Positions 24,528-38,485 are shown, numbered from the whole stretch's first letter. The stretch is 55,046 nt of DNA, filler included, from Sphacelaria rigidula (GCA_964200075.2; 6 parts of 6 records of this genome joined end to end with filler, not necessarily neighbours in it); one strand, 5' to 3'. A program made the numbers and translations. The notes: a model not told the origin generated them from the sequence alone.

Positions 24528-25574
24528 TCGGCGATGAAATGTTCAGAAGCTATGCTATGACAGTTCGGGTTTTAATATCAACTGATGTTTGCGATTGTGC
24601 ACGCGCTGTTCCATTTATCTTGTTCGGACTCAACCGTACAGCGCAACCAGAAAAGACGATGAACACGCCTCGAGACTTATCAACACATCCTACGACGGGG
24701 TATTCCTGAAGCCCAAGCCCAAAGGCTGGGGAAAAGAGTGAGTTTCTCTTCTAGAGCTGTACACGTCGATTGAAAATTGATGGAAAACGATTTTCGTGCA
24801 TGAAGATTCTACAAAGGCGAAACGATAGTTATTACCCCTGTTCACTTCAAACATAATTTTGGCGGGAAAACTTGATTGTACTCGGCTCAACAACGATGAG
24901 ACACGAAAGAGTGCAGGGGGATCGACCGGTCGTCGTAGCTACATGAAACTTGTCCCATTCACCGCAACGACCATTCTGAGCGAGAGTGCATCATCGCCTC
25001 TTTGGCTTTGCGTAGGAGGTACACTACACGCTGACTGACTACAGCGCAGAATCGGTACGATGTGTTGTGGAACTTTGTAGTAGTAGAACACATCATGTTC
25101 TTTTGTACACCGATCAGTTGGTGTTGTAGTAATACCAAAATCTGGATTCGTTGCTGGGATGATAACTTGGTCTCAACTACGCATATATCCCACCAAATGT
25201 CGGCGAATGTGTTGTCCAATTGAATAACTACCCTGCTAGCGTCCAGGCAGTATGTTTTACCAGTTGCTTGTATCGTCAAAAACATGTGCCTTACATAGAC
25301 AGCGCCGTACAATTTCGTGGTGTGCACAAGATGGTGCATCTGTCATTAATCTTCGATTGTTTTGTGTAACTGTACGAGCGGGGCCAGCCGAGAAAAACAC
25401 GTTCCTTCATTCGGCAAACGATATCTTCTCCAGTTTCCCGAATCAGCCCGATAAGACTTCATCACCGTGAACGGCAGAACAACCTGCTGATCCAAGCTCT
25501 ACCACAAAAAAAAAAAGGTACCACAGAATATATGATCTCGAGAACGGAACAAGATTTTGTAGGATAGGGAAACA

Positions 25575-25640
25575 ATACGCCAGGATTCGAACCCGTGACC
25601 TGCCGCCCTTCTGGAAGTCTCTTATACTAGTTAGACGAAG
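25575..25640 (-). repeat. tRNA-derived (SINE-like) head
   Basis: Minus strand has A-box-like TCGTCTAACTAGT and B-box GGTTCGAATCC; no complete cloverleaf seen. Confidence 0.4.
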
Positions 25641-26902
25641 GGGTGCAGCGGTGTCATAGAAGGAGTGAAATACCCTGCCCAATTTCAAGACTTTCCAGCC
25701 GGACCTTTACGAGGACCTTCTACACACGACTTAAGATGGTTCACGGAAGCAACCAGTTTTTTCTTTCTTCGAGTGATGGAAGTTTGTGTTTTTCTTTCAG
25801 AAATTTCAAATAAACCTAAGTTTATGTTCTTTCATTTTTCAACGAGTGTTGGCATTTCCATCTTTTTCTCTCAGAAATTTCAATTCGCCCTGACATTTTG
25901 TGGGTTTTTTTTTCATAACAGAGTCATGATGCAATTTTCTCTTTTTCCCGGCAGTTTCAAATAGCCCCAGCTTTATTCGTCTTCTTCGTTGCTTCCGCTT
26001 CTTTCCGCATATTTATGGCATGGATCTCGTGTCGAAAATCTAGCTCATAACTCCCAAAATTAAGAAAGGCAGAGTTGTTCAATCGCCGACAGGAACTCTT
26101 GATTGACCCAGTTCGTACCGTAAAGATGTACACGTATACACCATGCGGGACAGGCGATTCTCGGATATGAATACAGATATGCAGGCTGGTTCGGGATGAA
26201 GGCCCAATTTTTATTCCCCACTTGACACAGAACGCAAAATTGACATATGAAAAGATAGTTGGTATTATCGTGACCCCACGAGCAAGGGGACAATGTCCAT
26301 AGTCATACTCTTTTCTTGCGTCCTTTGCCGAGGTGCTGGTAGTGAAAATGTTTCTGGACCAATCAGGGCCCTTCAAACTGTTCTGAAAGTCAAAATATGA
26401 TTTCCCGACAGAATTTACACCTAATCTCATCACGAATCAAACGTTAGTAATCACCATCAGCTGGGGAATCCCACAAAAATCGATTTTTTTGAAAAGGATT
26501 TGTATGCGATCGAGTTATACCCCATACCGTGGTGTTCCGGTGGTGTGGGGTTATGGCGTTATTATTGGATTTCCACCGAGAATATGCAGCATAGATTCGG
26601 GAAGCTTCTGGACGTTTTCCCTTGTAACTATCGTAGAGCCTTCATCATCTTCGAAAGATGCAGTTTCCTACACATGGATGCTACAAAGATTTCAACGTAT
26701 CCCTGCTCTCTACCGGCTTCCGGGGGTCCCAGCGTGAAGACCCCCGGAAGCCGTCACATATTGCGTCAAGAGAAAAAGTTCAAATTTGACTCGCCCCAAG
26801 GTAATCCAAGAAACGGTTTAACAAAATTTCGTCGCGCAAACTCGAAAAGCTGATCCCAAACTGTCGACGTAAGCTCAAGCATGCAAGGAAAACGTCGGCG
26901 GC

Positions 26903-27475
26903 TGTGACGGTTTAAGAGACTACCAACTAGACTACTGACCAGTCAGCGCTGACTGGTCAGTAGTCTAGTTGGTAGTCTCTTACACCGTCGAAAAAGTTAG
27001 TCGCTGGTTCGATTCCCGTCGGACGCACTTTCTTTGAAGAAAAAATGAGGAGAGAAAACCTCTGGTAATGAATTGAACCCAAGGAGAGAAAATCCCAGTA
27101 AAACCTTGGCCCAAAGAGAAAGGGTGGGGTATAGCCTGGTGGCTATGTTTGGAGTTGACTGCTAGCCCAGTGCAGACACTCTGGAAACGAGTGGGGTAGA
27201 CGAGTAACTCAAACAAAGGTACGGTGAGAAAGGACAACACTAGAAGTCCTGATGGCAGTCGATAGAGCGCTGGCAAGGGGAGTCGCCTTCCTCGGAGCGA
27301 AAGTGACGGGGTTCAAACCCCCACGACTAACTTTTGTGACGGTTTAAGAGACAACCAACTAGACTACTGACAAGGCAAGGGGAGTCGCCCTCCTCGGAGT
27401 GAAAGTGACGGGGATCATACCCCCACGACTAACTTTTGTGGGTGACGGTTTAAGAGACTACCAACTAGACCAATG
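26903..27475. repeat. Cluster of tRNA-like (A-box/B-box) units: 84-bp palindrome plus 102-bp tandem units
   Basis: Palindrome 26906-26989 (1 mismatch). The + unit has TAGTCTAGTTGG and GGTTCGATTCC. Homologous minus-strand units at 27272-27373 and 27374-27475. 27129-27175 recurs inverted at 36767-36820. Confidence 0.7.
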
Positions 27476-27575
27476 NNNNNNNNNNNNNNNNNNNNNNNNN
27501 NNNNNNNNNNNNNNNNNNNTTAATTAATTAANNNNNNNNNNNNNNNNNNNNNNNNNNNNNNNNNNNNNNNNNNNN
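27476..27575. other. Artificial contig linker
   Basis: Same structure. Confidence 0.97.
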
Positions 27576-30500
27576 GCCAATATCGCCAATATGAGGCGCT
27601 TCATGCAGCCTGAACCCGAACAGTAGGCGTTGTATGATCATTTTTTTCGCGACATTTTTAGCTGATTTTGGGGGGGGGCTATCGTAGAAAGTGTCGGTGA
27701 TAACCGTGAACCAGCTCGTACACCAATGCAAAAGTCACCCCTTGCTTGCTCAATTTCTCAAGCCACATTTCAATTGATGGAAGTGTTTCCCGCACACGTG
27801 TTCCTGCGTGAAATCCAACGTCCCCATTGTCTGGTGATCTCTTTCCTTACTCGGTTTCATCGATTTCTTGGGGTCCCCAACCCACCAGAAGTGGCTGTGG
27901 ACCCCAAGAAACGGGTGAAACCAAGCGAGGTTACAGCTCTCAAACGTATCCCTAGAGGTCTTGAACGGGTCACACAGCTCGTCACTCGGTAAATATCTAC
28001 GGATCAAACGTGTATTACAGAACTCCACCGGACAAACTTCCACGGGTGACAGACAGCACACCTATCACGATCTATGCTCCAAATGAGCCGACCCGGATAT
28101 GTCACGATATGATCCGTCCAACGTGTGGAAATTTCACACACATGTTTCTGAAGCCAAGCCCGAGGTTGCCAGTGTCTGTGCCTATTTAGTGTTGCTCGGT
28201 GTGTCACCAGCTTCCTTTTTCACCTTCCAGGGGAAACGGTCGGGGATCCCAAGAAATGGCTGAAACCGAGCGCAACTAAATTTGAAAAAGCACGGGTAAT
28301 CTCGGCCTTGACTTCCGGAACATATTTCGGAATTATTTGTTTCACCTCTCGAAACGCGTGATGGACGACGACTACACATATCTCGGTACTCCCGCACCAA
28401 CCAACCTGTGGGCCGGGGCTTTACGTAAGCTTTCATCAGTTGGTTATTTTTTACAGACCATACAAGTGTACCCAATCTTCCATCCTGGCGCAAAAGCCTC
28501 ATGGTACACCGACCAACCGTGTGGCTGTTTTACCCCGAGAAGAACAGTATTAAAAATGCTGGTCGAAGGATATTATATACAACACATATAACGGGCAGCA
28601 TGTTTTACGCCATGCCACCTAGGTTGTAGGTGCGGTCGTTTACTAGACATGGGTACCACGATCATTCGCTCATAGGATATGCTGTGCTACTATAGTATGG
28701 AACGCTTCCTATCAACCTTAGCGTGGGGCTGCAGCGCACGATAACGACGAGTGTAGGTCTTGAGTCGTACTGCGCGTAACGGTGACGAGATTCTATTGCT
28801 GAGTACACCTTCAAAACTATAGAGTTGCAGGATAGGCCCGCCACACTCAGCGAGTCGTGCACATTGCTGTAGTCGGGATACATACCCATCTCCGCCATAC
28901 CTTCTCAATGCAGATATTGCTCCGCGATCGGTCATCTTCTCACGTGCCTCTGCCACCAACGCGTGTTTAACACGCGGTGCTGATAGCTCCGTCGCCTGAT
29001 CTCGTCCACGCGGCAAAGTAGCTTGATATCTCGCGGTTTTGGGCACAGATGATGAGACAACACTCATCATACTCGCACCACAGTGTCTCTTAGTCAAAGA
29101 ATGAGTGCAATGCCGTACTGTATCACGCACGTACGTGCGCTACTGCCGCTCCGCCAGGCCGCACTTATTTGATTTCTGGTGTCACAAGAGCTGGGAGTTT
29201 AAAACAGGATCGTACAAACATCGAAATATGCGGGAAGATATCTGCCGCTTCAGCTACCTAAACATGAAGTGAAGTGGTTCGTCAAGCACCAGCCAGTTTC
29301 GGAATTACCGTGGCCAAGTCTCCTTTTTATATGATGACCTACAACTATTCATGCGGGTTTACTTCATATGTCTCCAATCCGCACTACTGACCAATTTAGT
29401 TCGCGTATCGCTCGCTCGATCAGACCTTGATGCACAGTGAACTCACAACGAAGACCGCGGGTCCACTATGAATGTCATAAATGAAGATGAAAATCTAGAA
29501 AACACTTCGCCCAAACCCCCGCACCGCCATAACGGCGTCTGCTCGTAGTTCGAGCCTGATACGCACCTGACGCCTCAAGGTTGGTGAGGACGATGGCTTC
29601 AGCCACCTTGGTGAAGAGTGCGATATGCCGGACGAGAACATGTGAGGATGACGGGAATCTAATCGTGTCCGTACTGATATGTAACGGATTATACCAGTGG
29701 GCATCAGTCGCGACCGTTTCGCAAAAAATAGCGGAAGGAAACGCGATGAGGAATCAGGATGGTGTTGGCAAAGGTGCTTTGACGATTACCACGAAGCGAA
29801 TGGAAGATCTGCGGCATTTTTACCAGGCTTCAGCTGCTCTTCATTTTTGCCAGGCGGCATCTTTATTTCTGTCTCTAGAGCTTTACATGCAACCTTGAGG
29901 TACGCCAGAGCTGACTATTTTAAAACGGCACTCAGTCTTGACCCAAAAAACAAAATGCAAGTCAAATGCCAAGATGCTCGCGTACCTGTACAACGATCAT
30001 ACGCACCTCTAGTATCTTTCGACGGTTTAGTACTGCGTACTCAGTACAAGTCAACCGTTACTTTGCTTGTGGATTTCTCCGCCGTGTCTGGAGGAACTGG
30101 CCTGAAACTTGGCACAGAGGTGAACCACGACATAGACAGCATATGCGGCACGTTTTGGGGGGTGCGTGAGACGCACCCCAAGAAGTGCAGAAATACCGTC
30201 GATATGCCCTCAAAACGGCGTCTCCGCCGCCCAGCCTGCGTGAGACGTCAGTGCATGCAGATGTTGATACGCAGATGCGCTCACTTCCACATCATGACCT
30301 GCTGGGTGGCTCCTGCACCGGCGAACAAACATCGATCCGTGTAGGGCACACTCTGGATGATGTCATTCTACGCGGTACCCATCTTGGTATCGCCTGTAGA
30401 GCTGCTCACTCAAGGAGGCACAGCCGTGCAAGCGCTGCCAGTGCTTTCACGCGCTGAAACTTCGACCGCATGTCATGTAGACAACAGACAACAAACCAAT

Positions 30501-32329
30501 CTTGCTGAATCTGGGGTTGCGCAGTCTGTGCGTGCGTATTTGGGCGAAAAGGTTTCGGATTCTGTTCCGTTTTTTTTTTGCTTAAGCTTGAATATAGTAC
30601 GAGTACTGTATACAGAAGATGAAACTTGTGCTGTTGCGACGACAATTGGTATCGCGAAAGCACGAACCCGCTACGCATCCTGTCCTTTCTGTCCAATCTT
30701 GTCCCGCCATGTCCCATCCTGTCGACCATAGCATAACTACATTTCATATTTAGCTCGCCCAAGGTACATATCAACAAGATCTCAGCGCTTCGGCTTGTCG
30801 CGTTTAGCACAGGGTGACTTGCCAGCGACCGAGCATTTTTCATCTCATCGTACCGTGCGCTGAGATCCCTTACCGTTGAGCACAGGGCTCTTGAGGAACC
30901 CGCGGAGTGCTCCGTGGAAATCACCCTGTCCGACAGAAACTCGCGTATTCAAGGTGTAGAAGGAAATCCTCGCCATGTGAGATCCGCGTGCTCAAACAAG
31001 TTGCGATCAGTGCAGTGTTTTGCTGAGAAGACACAATTCCAGCACATTTCTCGCGACTGTTATTCTCTTCACATTAAAAAAGCGATGCGAGTTATATCTT
31101 CATGGTTGAATGAGCGATCATTTGTTTGTTCCTGATTGACTGATTCGCTACGAATTCAGATGTTGGTCACAAGATTCACGTGTCCGAAGTAAAATAATCG
31201 GAAAAAGCCCTGGTCGAGACGGGGGCGAAATAAGAAAGCAGAGTAGCTGGAATAAGGAAAGTAAAGAAAGACAGGAAAACTTTACAATTAGGGATGCTAA
31301 TCGGGGCGCAAAAGGTGAAAGGGCTGTTCGAGGAACTCACAACTACCAGAGACAATGAATCCCCTTTTCTTTTCTTTGTCTTGGGATGCTCCGCCCAAAT
31401 ACACTTGGCTTTACAATCCAATCTCTTGCCGAGTTAGTCGCGCGTGCAGGCAACATCCTCCCTGTTCACACACTACATACCCTTGCTCACCACACACTAC
31501 ATACCCTTGCTCACCCTCTACATCCACCCACCCCAAAGCGTGAGCCTTGTCCTTGTGCTTTGAAGGCGAACACTCTAAATTTGATATATATATATATATT
31601 GCGGCTTTACTGATCTGCCCGCGGGACGTGTCCTGAAATGGGCCAATGCAGTATAATGGGTTTGAAGCACCCAACGCAACAATCGGCATTCGAATCGCGC
31701 ACGAAACCGTGGAGAATCACGCGGGCAAAATCTATCCCTCGATGGAGTGTCCCCAGCAACGCGCCGTCCCCAATAAATGCAAGTGAAAAATAATCACAGC
31801 CAGAAGGGGCTCGGGAGCAAAAGTCTGATGGCAGGTCTTTCAACGGTCGCCGAGTAACTTTGATTCGATGCGTGCGCATGTGCAAGTATGATGTACTCTG
31901 ACATTTTCTGTTGAGAAAAGCGCGACCGCTTGTGTACACAGCCGCACAGGGAACCCAGAGAAAAGAAACATGGCGTGTACTGGAACAGACAACACCATGG
32001 TGACTTGAGATATGCTCTGCTTTTCGTCTGTTGAGTTGATTGTATTGGTACCGTATTGGTACCGCAATTTTCGCCGTACCGCCTCTACAGCCTCCGTCCG
32101 CTGTGACTTGAGCTTGTACGTCGGGAATACACGAACACGTGTCACTCACCCCAGGGTCGGTCATATATGATTTATCGGCATACTTTTCGCTTGAAAAATG
32201 AATGCAAAACCCAGATGATCCATTCGAAGGTCGAAGAGTGCAACGTTAGAGCCGGTTATTGTAGGAAGAGGTTACCGTCTCCAGAGATTTTGACTTGAAA
32301 GATGAACGCAAGACACCACCCTGGCGATC

Positions 32330-32800
32330 AAGCGTCACTTTTACAGCGGGCGGCAAGGGGTGACGCTCTCCAAAGGAGTAATCCGATACTCGACGGTGTC
32401 CACAGAAGAAGGGAGGAATGCTGCAGGGGGCACAGAGAAGATAACACTGTACTGTACTGCGCTGTACTGTACTGCACTGTATTGTGCTGTACGGTGCACT
32501 TCGACTTTGTCTATTCACACAGACGACAGCCACCTCAGTCAGTTGTGTTTCATGTGCGTAGTATTTACTTCAGAAATGAATGCCCACCGCAGTCGAAGTA
32601 CTTTATTTTGCAGCTGGAGGCAGGAAGAGGTGACGCTGTCGAAGGGTTCGGTGCAATCTGATCCTTAGTGATACCAATGGACAAACGGAACGAACGCAAC
32701 GGGGGGGAGAGAGAAGACAACACCGTACTGTAATGTAAAGCATTGTACTGCTGTACTGCACTGTGCGTTTTCGATCGGCTATGTCTCGACCTATGCAGAC
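32330..32800 (+). repeat. Diverged direct duplication (~190 bp)
   Basis: 'gtgacgctctccaaaggagtaatccgatac...agaagataacactgtactg' at ~32360 is echoed at ~32630. Confidence 0.6.
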
Positions 32801-32904
32801 GGGCACCCCCAGGATTGGTCATCTGTGTTGCATTGTCACAGTTTCGACGTGTAAATTGATGATGAACAGACCGTACGGGTGATGCAAGGCATCAGGAAGG
32901 GGTG

Positions 32905-33900
32905 CGTGTCATGGGTGCAGTTGATGGCCTTCTGCGCTTCTTCTTCCGACCGACCGGTCGGCCCATTCGCTTCTTTGTCGACCGACTGGGCGGATCATTC
33001 CCATCTCATTGGCTCGTGCAATTTCCCCAACAGGAAGATCCGGCATACTTTTTGAATAACACTCGCATATGTTTTGGCCTCGATTTGCATCCCCAACAGT
33101 GTAGACGATGTGGAATATTTGAAAATATCACCAGAGTCACCACATTTTACAATGTTCAGTGAGAACAAGGTCATTTGCTAAAATTTAGGGCCCTCGGGAA
33201 TCGGGAAAAGTCGGCTAGGCTCCTCTCGGTGGTGGTATGCATAATTTCCAAGACATGCTGGGGCAACGTTTTGTGTTTGAGGTTGAAAAAGATTTCCACA
33301 TGCCACAATACAAATTTCTGGCATTCCTACTAGATGCGACGTAAGACCCATTGTAGCTCGTACCGGTTCCGAGAAAAACACGATAGGACCATGCTGGACC
33401 TTGACAGTGCTGCACCTTTTCAATAATATGGGGGCGGTATTTTTGGAGGTTGGGCACAAAAACACAGCACACCTTGCGTAGGATGATGCTAAAAATTCAC
33501 GGATGTACGGCTTGAAGCCGCAGGTAGTAGGTGTTGACGCAGCAGTTTCGATGACCGAAGGCGTTTGTGCTCTGCGTGACTTGAGATGATGATCGTGCAC
33601 GATGCTCCATTGATTCCGAAAATATGGTCACTTTCTATTCGACAATTCCCGAGGGAAACGATATGAAATCCGCGCGGAGGCAGGGGCAGATCTTGCCAGC
33701 ATTGTTGTGTACGTCGGTCGCCTGTCGGTCGAAGTTGCCACCAAGGAGGGAAATAACCGCCAGGTAAGGTTCTCCATATCTTGGAGGGAGATACCCTTGG
33801 CTTTTATCCGCCGTGTCGAGCACGCACGGCGGTACAGCCGAGCCGAGTGAAACAGTGTCCTGTGCCAAGGCCCACTGTGGGGCTGTTCGGGGTGGGAGCA
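32905..33900 (-). pseudogene. Possible decayed Mutator-like (MULE) transposase relic
   Basis: Interrupted minus-strand peptides 'CVLDTADKSQGY..RYGEPYLAVISLLGGN', 'VTIFSE' and 'GHRNC' follow MULE DDE-domain motif order. Downstream 'KKRMGRPVGRKKKRRR' resembles the MULE C-terminal basic GRP motif. Multiple stops and frameshifts. Confidence 0.35.
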
Positions 33901-35784
33901 ACGTCTCCTTCCAGACAGTGCCAGACTTTCAGTGCCGGGTACCACGACGGTCCCACGACGACAAGGGCGGTTGCTGTAGTTTGCTCCTAGCAGAAGCAAC
34001 CGGAGATTCGTTCTGCAGACACTCCCACGTCAATATCATGACCTATCTCCGACAGTCGTCTAGTCGTCCTTGTGCGGAATTTTTTTTTTGACATTTCACT
34101 TGGTTCCAGAATAGAAGAGAGTGCAAGTTGAAATTTTCAATTTTCACGGACGGATCGCGGGTATTGCAGCCTTGCCCAGGCATGGTTCGCATGGTACAGT
34201 CAGCATTGCAGTCTTCGTTGTACTGACGGCTAGTAACACACAGTATCACAATTTGTCTTGTATTTGTTCGCCGCGTTCCATGACGTGTATCAAGTGCTTC
34301 CTCTCTCAGCAGTGATATGCCTCCTTTTCCTTCCGGCTGCCTCAGCCTCTGCTGAGGTGTGTAGCGTCACCTCGCCGAGCTGAGCCGAACCCGTCTCCTC
34401 CAAGGGCGTCTACTCTTCAAGTCTCAGCACATTTTAGGCCTTGGAGCATGACCGTCTCTAATGGACGCCGCGGATGATGAATTATAATCACTGTGAGATG
34501 CCTCAAAAACACTGAAAAGAAGTTACACTGTTCAGGCATGAAGACCGTAAAAAGCAATGCCATGCAAACAGGCCCCGACTCAGCTATCTGGGACCGCACG
34601 ATGTGGGCGGAAGCTCTCACCCACCAGCTCTACAGGAACGAGACACATACTCCACCACGGCTCAAAGACATGATATAAAAATAAACGGAAAAGGAGAAGA
34701 CGACACTCAGAAAAAAAAACACAAAGAAAGCAGAAACTAAGGAAATACAGATTAGGACAGGCCCAGCTACCACGCGAAACACGGTTGAGGGGCTGTGTGC
34801 AAAGGCTAATGTACCCCGGGCTTTCCCTTCACCCCGATACCGTGTGCGCGCTGGTCGTGTGATCCTCCTTTTCATGCCTGCTGTACAGTAGCGACATAGT
34901 ATCCGACCGAACCGGACGATGTTGTTCCACTGGTAGACCTGAAGAAATGTTCGTACACGATGGCTGACAGGAATGACTGCTTGATCTTAGACTGAAGAAA
35001 GTTCTGAGAAAATTCATGGTTCTGGGCAGGTGAGTAGTAGACCCAGCTCGTCCAGAACATGTTTTTTGTCGAAATTGGCGCCTGCGGCGTCGATTTGAGG
35101 TCTTCCAACGCACATCTTGCCTAGGGGAATCTACGCACCCCCCTTGCCCGAGGGTCTCGTACGCTTTGGGTCGGGATTAGGGTTGGGGTTAGCATCATTG
35201 TTAGTTTGTAACATTCCATGATGTATAATCATCAACCAGTGTTTACGAACATTTCTTCAGGTCCCCTCTGTTGCACTCGGACGACCTGCAGGAAGGCCAG
35301 CATATGAAAATGAAGCTTCGAACCACGCCGCCATCAAGGGTTTGTTGTCAACAAGCGTTATGCTGTTGAGCGTACGAGAAAGCACCTCGGCTGCCCCTGA
35401 AACATTTCGCTGCGTGTGTCCTTGTCGCGGGATGCTAGTGTGATACGGCACAAACTTTTGAGTCGACGATAGCTGGCCGTTCTCGGCTTGACCCAAAGCA
35501 CATCTACCGGTTGGTTTATCGCTAATCCAACTTTAAATCCTGCTATAATTTTTAGTTATGCTTTAAAATCACCATCTGGTGGTGATGGATGGGTTGTTTC
35601 TAACAACTTCTCGGCGCCGTGCTAATAAATTGGGGGTTTTCCACTGTATTGTAGAGCTCGTGGGTGACAAATCATGCCCAAATATTGTGGTCCCCAATGT
35701 AGCCTCCACGACCTTTTTCTTTCCTTTTTTTCAGCGCGGTCTTCTTACTTGAAATCATGCTACAGGGGGCAGCTATTGCATCCT

Positions 35785-35855
35785 TATCGTCGTCATCGTC
35801 ACCATCATCATCATCATCATCATCATCATCATTATCATTGTCATTTTCATTTTCA
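35785..35855 (+). repeat. (CAT)n / (CGT)n microsatellite
   Basis: Direct observation. Confidence 0.9.
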
Positions 35856-36317
35856 TTGGGACCGGGTTTTGTTGTTTTTCTCTCTTTCATTTCCTGCGTT
35901 TACTGTGTCTCTCATCTCTATTCAGTCTATCTTGTGGATAATGACCAGGGCTGAATACAATGTGCAAGTTAATGTGCGACAATTAAAACAATCAAACCAT
36001 CAACCATGAAATTGCATCAGCGTTCGCACTACGAAAGACCAAAGTCGTAAAACACTCGCAAGCGGTATCCGTACACGGGGAGCGAAATCGACACATCTTC
36101 CTAGTCACCGAAAGAGCCCCACTCCACACCTGCACCTTCAGCGTGATCCCATAGATAATACCCCGGCGATGAACCATGGCGTAGTCTCACTCCCCTCGCT
36201 GTTTGTTTGTTCGTTTTTGATCCGTGCCGTCCGTCTTCTCTCGTCTGTGTGTTTGACTTTCCCGTGTCTACCGTATCTCGATTCTTGAATATACATATAC
36301 TTTGTATATATTATCAG

Positions 36318-36466
36318 CTAAGTTTCGGCCGAATCCGACGATGTTTTATTTCCCGGGGCTGTCGTCGACGCCATGGCACGATCCCGACGCGTTCTCGTGG
36401 CGCCGAGAATTGGAGAACAATGTTCCGGCCATCACGAAGGAATATGAGGAGCTCGTACACCGACGG
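36318..36466 (+). CDS. Internal exon of an aspartyl/asparaginyl beta-hydroxylase-family (2OG-Fe(II) dioxygenase) gene
   Basis: AG|...|GTACGT boundaries. Peptide KFRPNPTMFYFPGLSSTPWHDPDAFSWRRELENNVPAITKEYEEL matches the 'FYxPGLxxxPW...FxW..ELE.N...I..E' segment just before the Asp_Arg_Hydrox domain. The rest of the gene is cut by the contig end. Confidence 0.72.
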
Positions 36467-36666
36467 GTACGTGGGTTTTGGGCGTGCGCGCCAGCGGAGT
36501 CGACTAGGCCTTTTCTCTGTCAACGTACTTACCGGCCGTTTTTGAACTCTACTTTTCTTGTGAAGACTTTTGCCCCCCCCCCCCATACGGACCCCCTATG
36601 GGGTTGGCGTCGGTTGGCGATGACGCTGTAAAACACGCCCCCCACTGCGTAAGCTAGGCAACCCGG

Positions 36667-36766
36667 NNNNNNNNNNNNNNNNNNNNNNNNNNNNNNNNNN
36701 NNNNNNNNNNTTAATTAATTAANNNNNNNNNNNNNNNNNNNNNNNNNNNNNNNNNNNNNNNNNNNN
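36667..36766. other. Artificial contig linker
   Basis: Same structure. Confidence 0.97.
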
Positions 36767-37994
36767 TGCACTGGGGTCCCTAGCAGTCAACTCCATACAT
36801 AGCCACCAGGCTATACCACATTAATTCGTGGAACATCTCACTTTAAAAGTGCAGTAAGCGTTACTTCTTGCATCGGTGCGCTCTTTTGTCGTATAGTTTA
36901 CAGGGAAAATACAGTATCGACGAGAGGAGTCGACCGAGTCAGGGAAAAAAAACAAAAAACTCCCGCCCGCCGACTGTTGCGCACAATAAAAGTGACGATG
37001 TTTATTTATTTTTCGATGTTTTGTCATCCCACCCCCGCCTACCTTTTTCCCTTCAAGGGTTGCCGTTGGCAATAACGCTGTAAAACACGCCGCTCACCGT
37101 GTAAGCTAGGCGACCACGGTATCGCTTTTTTTCGCCCGCGTTGTTTTTGCGGTCACCATGATGGTGGTGGAGAACCCGAACCCCGCCCAAAGGGGATGAT
37201 CATACTACGTACTTTTTTATATGGTGAGGCGCCCATGAGGCAGAGTTTAACCCGAAAATGAAGCAACTCATCGGAGGCTGTAATCCAAATGCAAGATTAT
37301 CAGTGCGCTTCGGGTCGAACAAACTCAGCAAGATACAGCTCGCCCTTTATGCGACTCGCCAACCACGTCACGACGCTTTGCGCTTTGTGATCGTTTGCGA
37401 GCCTGGTCCCGGCGTGATCCGTCCCGGCATTGCAGGGATGCGAAGTCAATGGTCATACGACTACGGCATGCAAGATCATGAGTACCCCCCCCGCCCCCCC
37501 CCCCCCCCCCCCCCGCCGAAATAAATAGTTCGGTCACCGTATTTTTCTCGAGTTTTCCAAGACATTCGGACGAATTTCACGACTTGCAGCTTGTTTTAGT
37601 GGCTCTACCTATCGCGAGAAGATGCGAAGCCTTGTGGTCGTTCGCTTGTTGTGCATCACTTGATGCATGACGGCATCTACGATTGTGTGGAACAGTAAAA
37701 TTGCGTGCTTGCTTGAATACGGGGGAAACCATGCCGAAAAAATATTGTCATCGTTTTTTCTTGTACGCACGTTCTTCTTGGTCGGTGGCTCTGCGGTGCC
37801 CCCTGGTGTGTGTCTGAATCTACTCTGCTGCTCTGAATTCTTTGGGGCTTCACCACTTCTGTAGTCTCCTTCTCTGTTCTGCCTTTTCCCCATATTCCTC
37901 TCTCTCTTTATGTGTTCTTTCCTACCGGTGTATGGCAAAGCCGTGTGGTGATTCACTTAATTGTGTTCTTTCATGGATGAGAGGGTCCATACCC

Positions 37995-38485
37995 CAAGTA
38001 GAGCTGTGGATCTGCATGGCCCAATGGACGCGGCGAAAATTTGAAACTACGATTTTGGGTTTGGGACCTGGACCTGCCAGGGAGAAGAAATATATTCATC
38101 AGTAGTCGAGAGGAGGAGGGAGTAGATGCACAGAATTGCCCCTGTGGCAAAGCAATAGAGAGCGGAAGTTACATCATGGCAGAATGTGAGCTATACAAGG
38201 AGGGAACGGGACGTGCTAGAGTGGGAAATGCGGGACGTGAACGAAGGTGGCATGAACATGCTTGATGCATTAGACAGTAGCGCAAAAACGATGGCTATAT
38301 TAGGAGATGGACGGTGGCAACAGACGGCGAAACAGGACGAGGATAAGATGTGTAGAAGGTTTTTGTGTATGGAAGAAACGGAATGAGCACCTATGCTGCA
38401 GGTGTCTATTAGAAGCAGGAGCGGTGCTCCATCTCGAAAGGGATGCGTGGTCAATGGTCAAGCGACTAAGGCAAGCAAAAAATGA
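37995..38485 (+). mobile_element. Decayed 3' fragment of a non-LTR (LINE) retrotransposon ORF2
   Basis: Frameshifted peptide 'DLDLP.RR...SSREEEGVDAQNCPCGKAIESGSYIMAECELYKE...RDVLE.EMR...LDSSAKTMAILGDGRW' with a CxC-x4-ES-x2-(H)-x4-C zinc-knuckle remnant typical of LINE ORF2 C-termini. Confidence 0.7.

Noticed and set aside
29697-30344. 215-aa ORF
   Set aside because: Non-ATG start, no recognisable motif, and appears to cross repeat-like sequence; not supportable without a search.
35672-36009. Poly-His, poly-Asp and poly-Ser ORFs
   Set aside because: Translations of the (CAT)n microsatellite.
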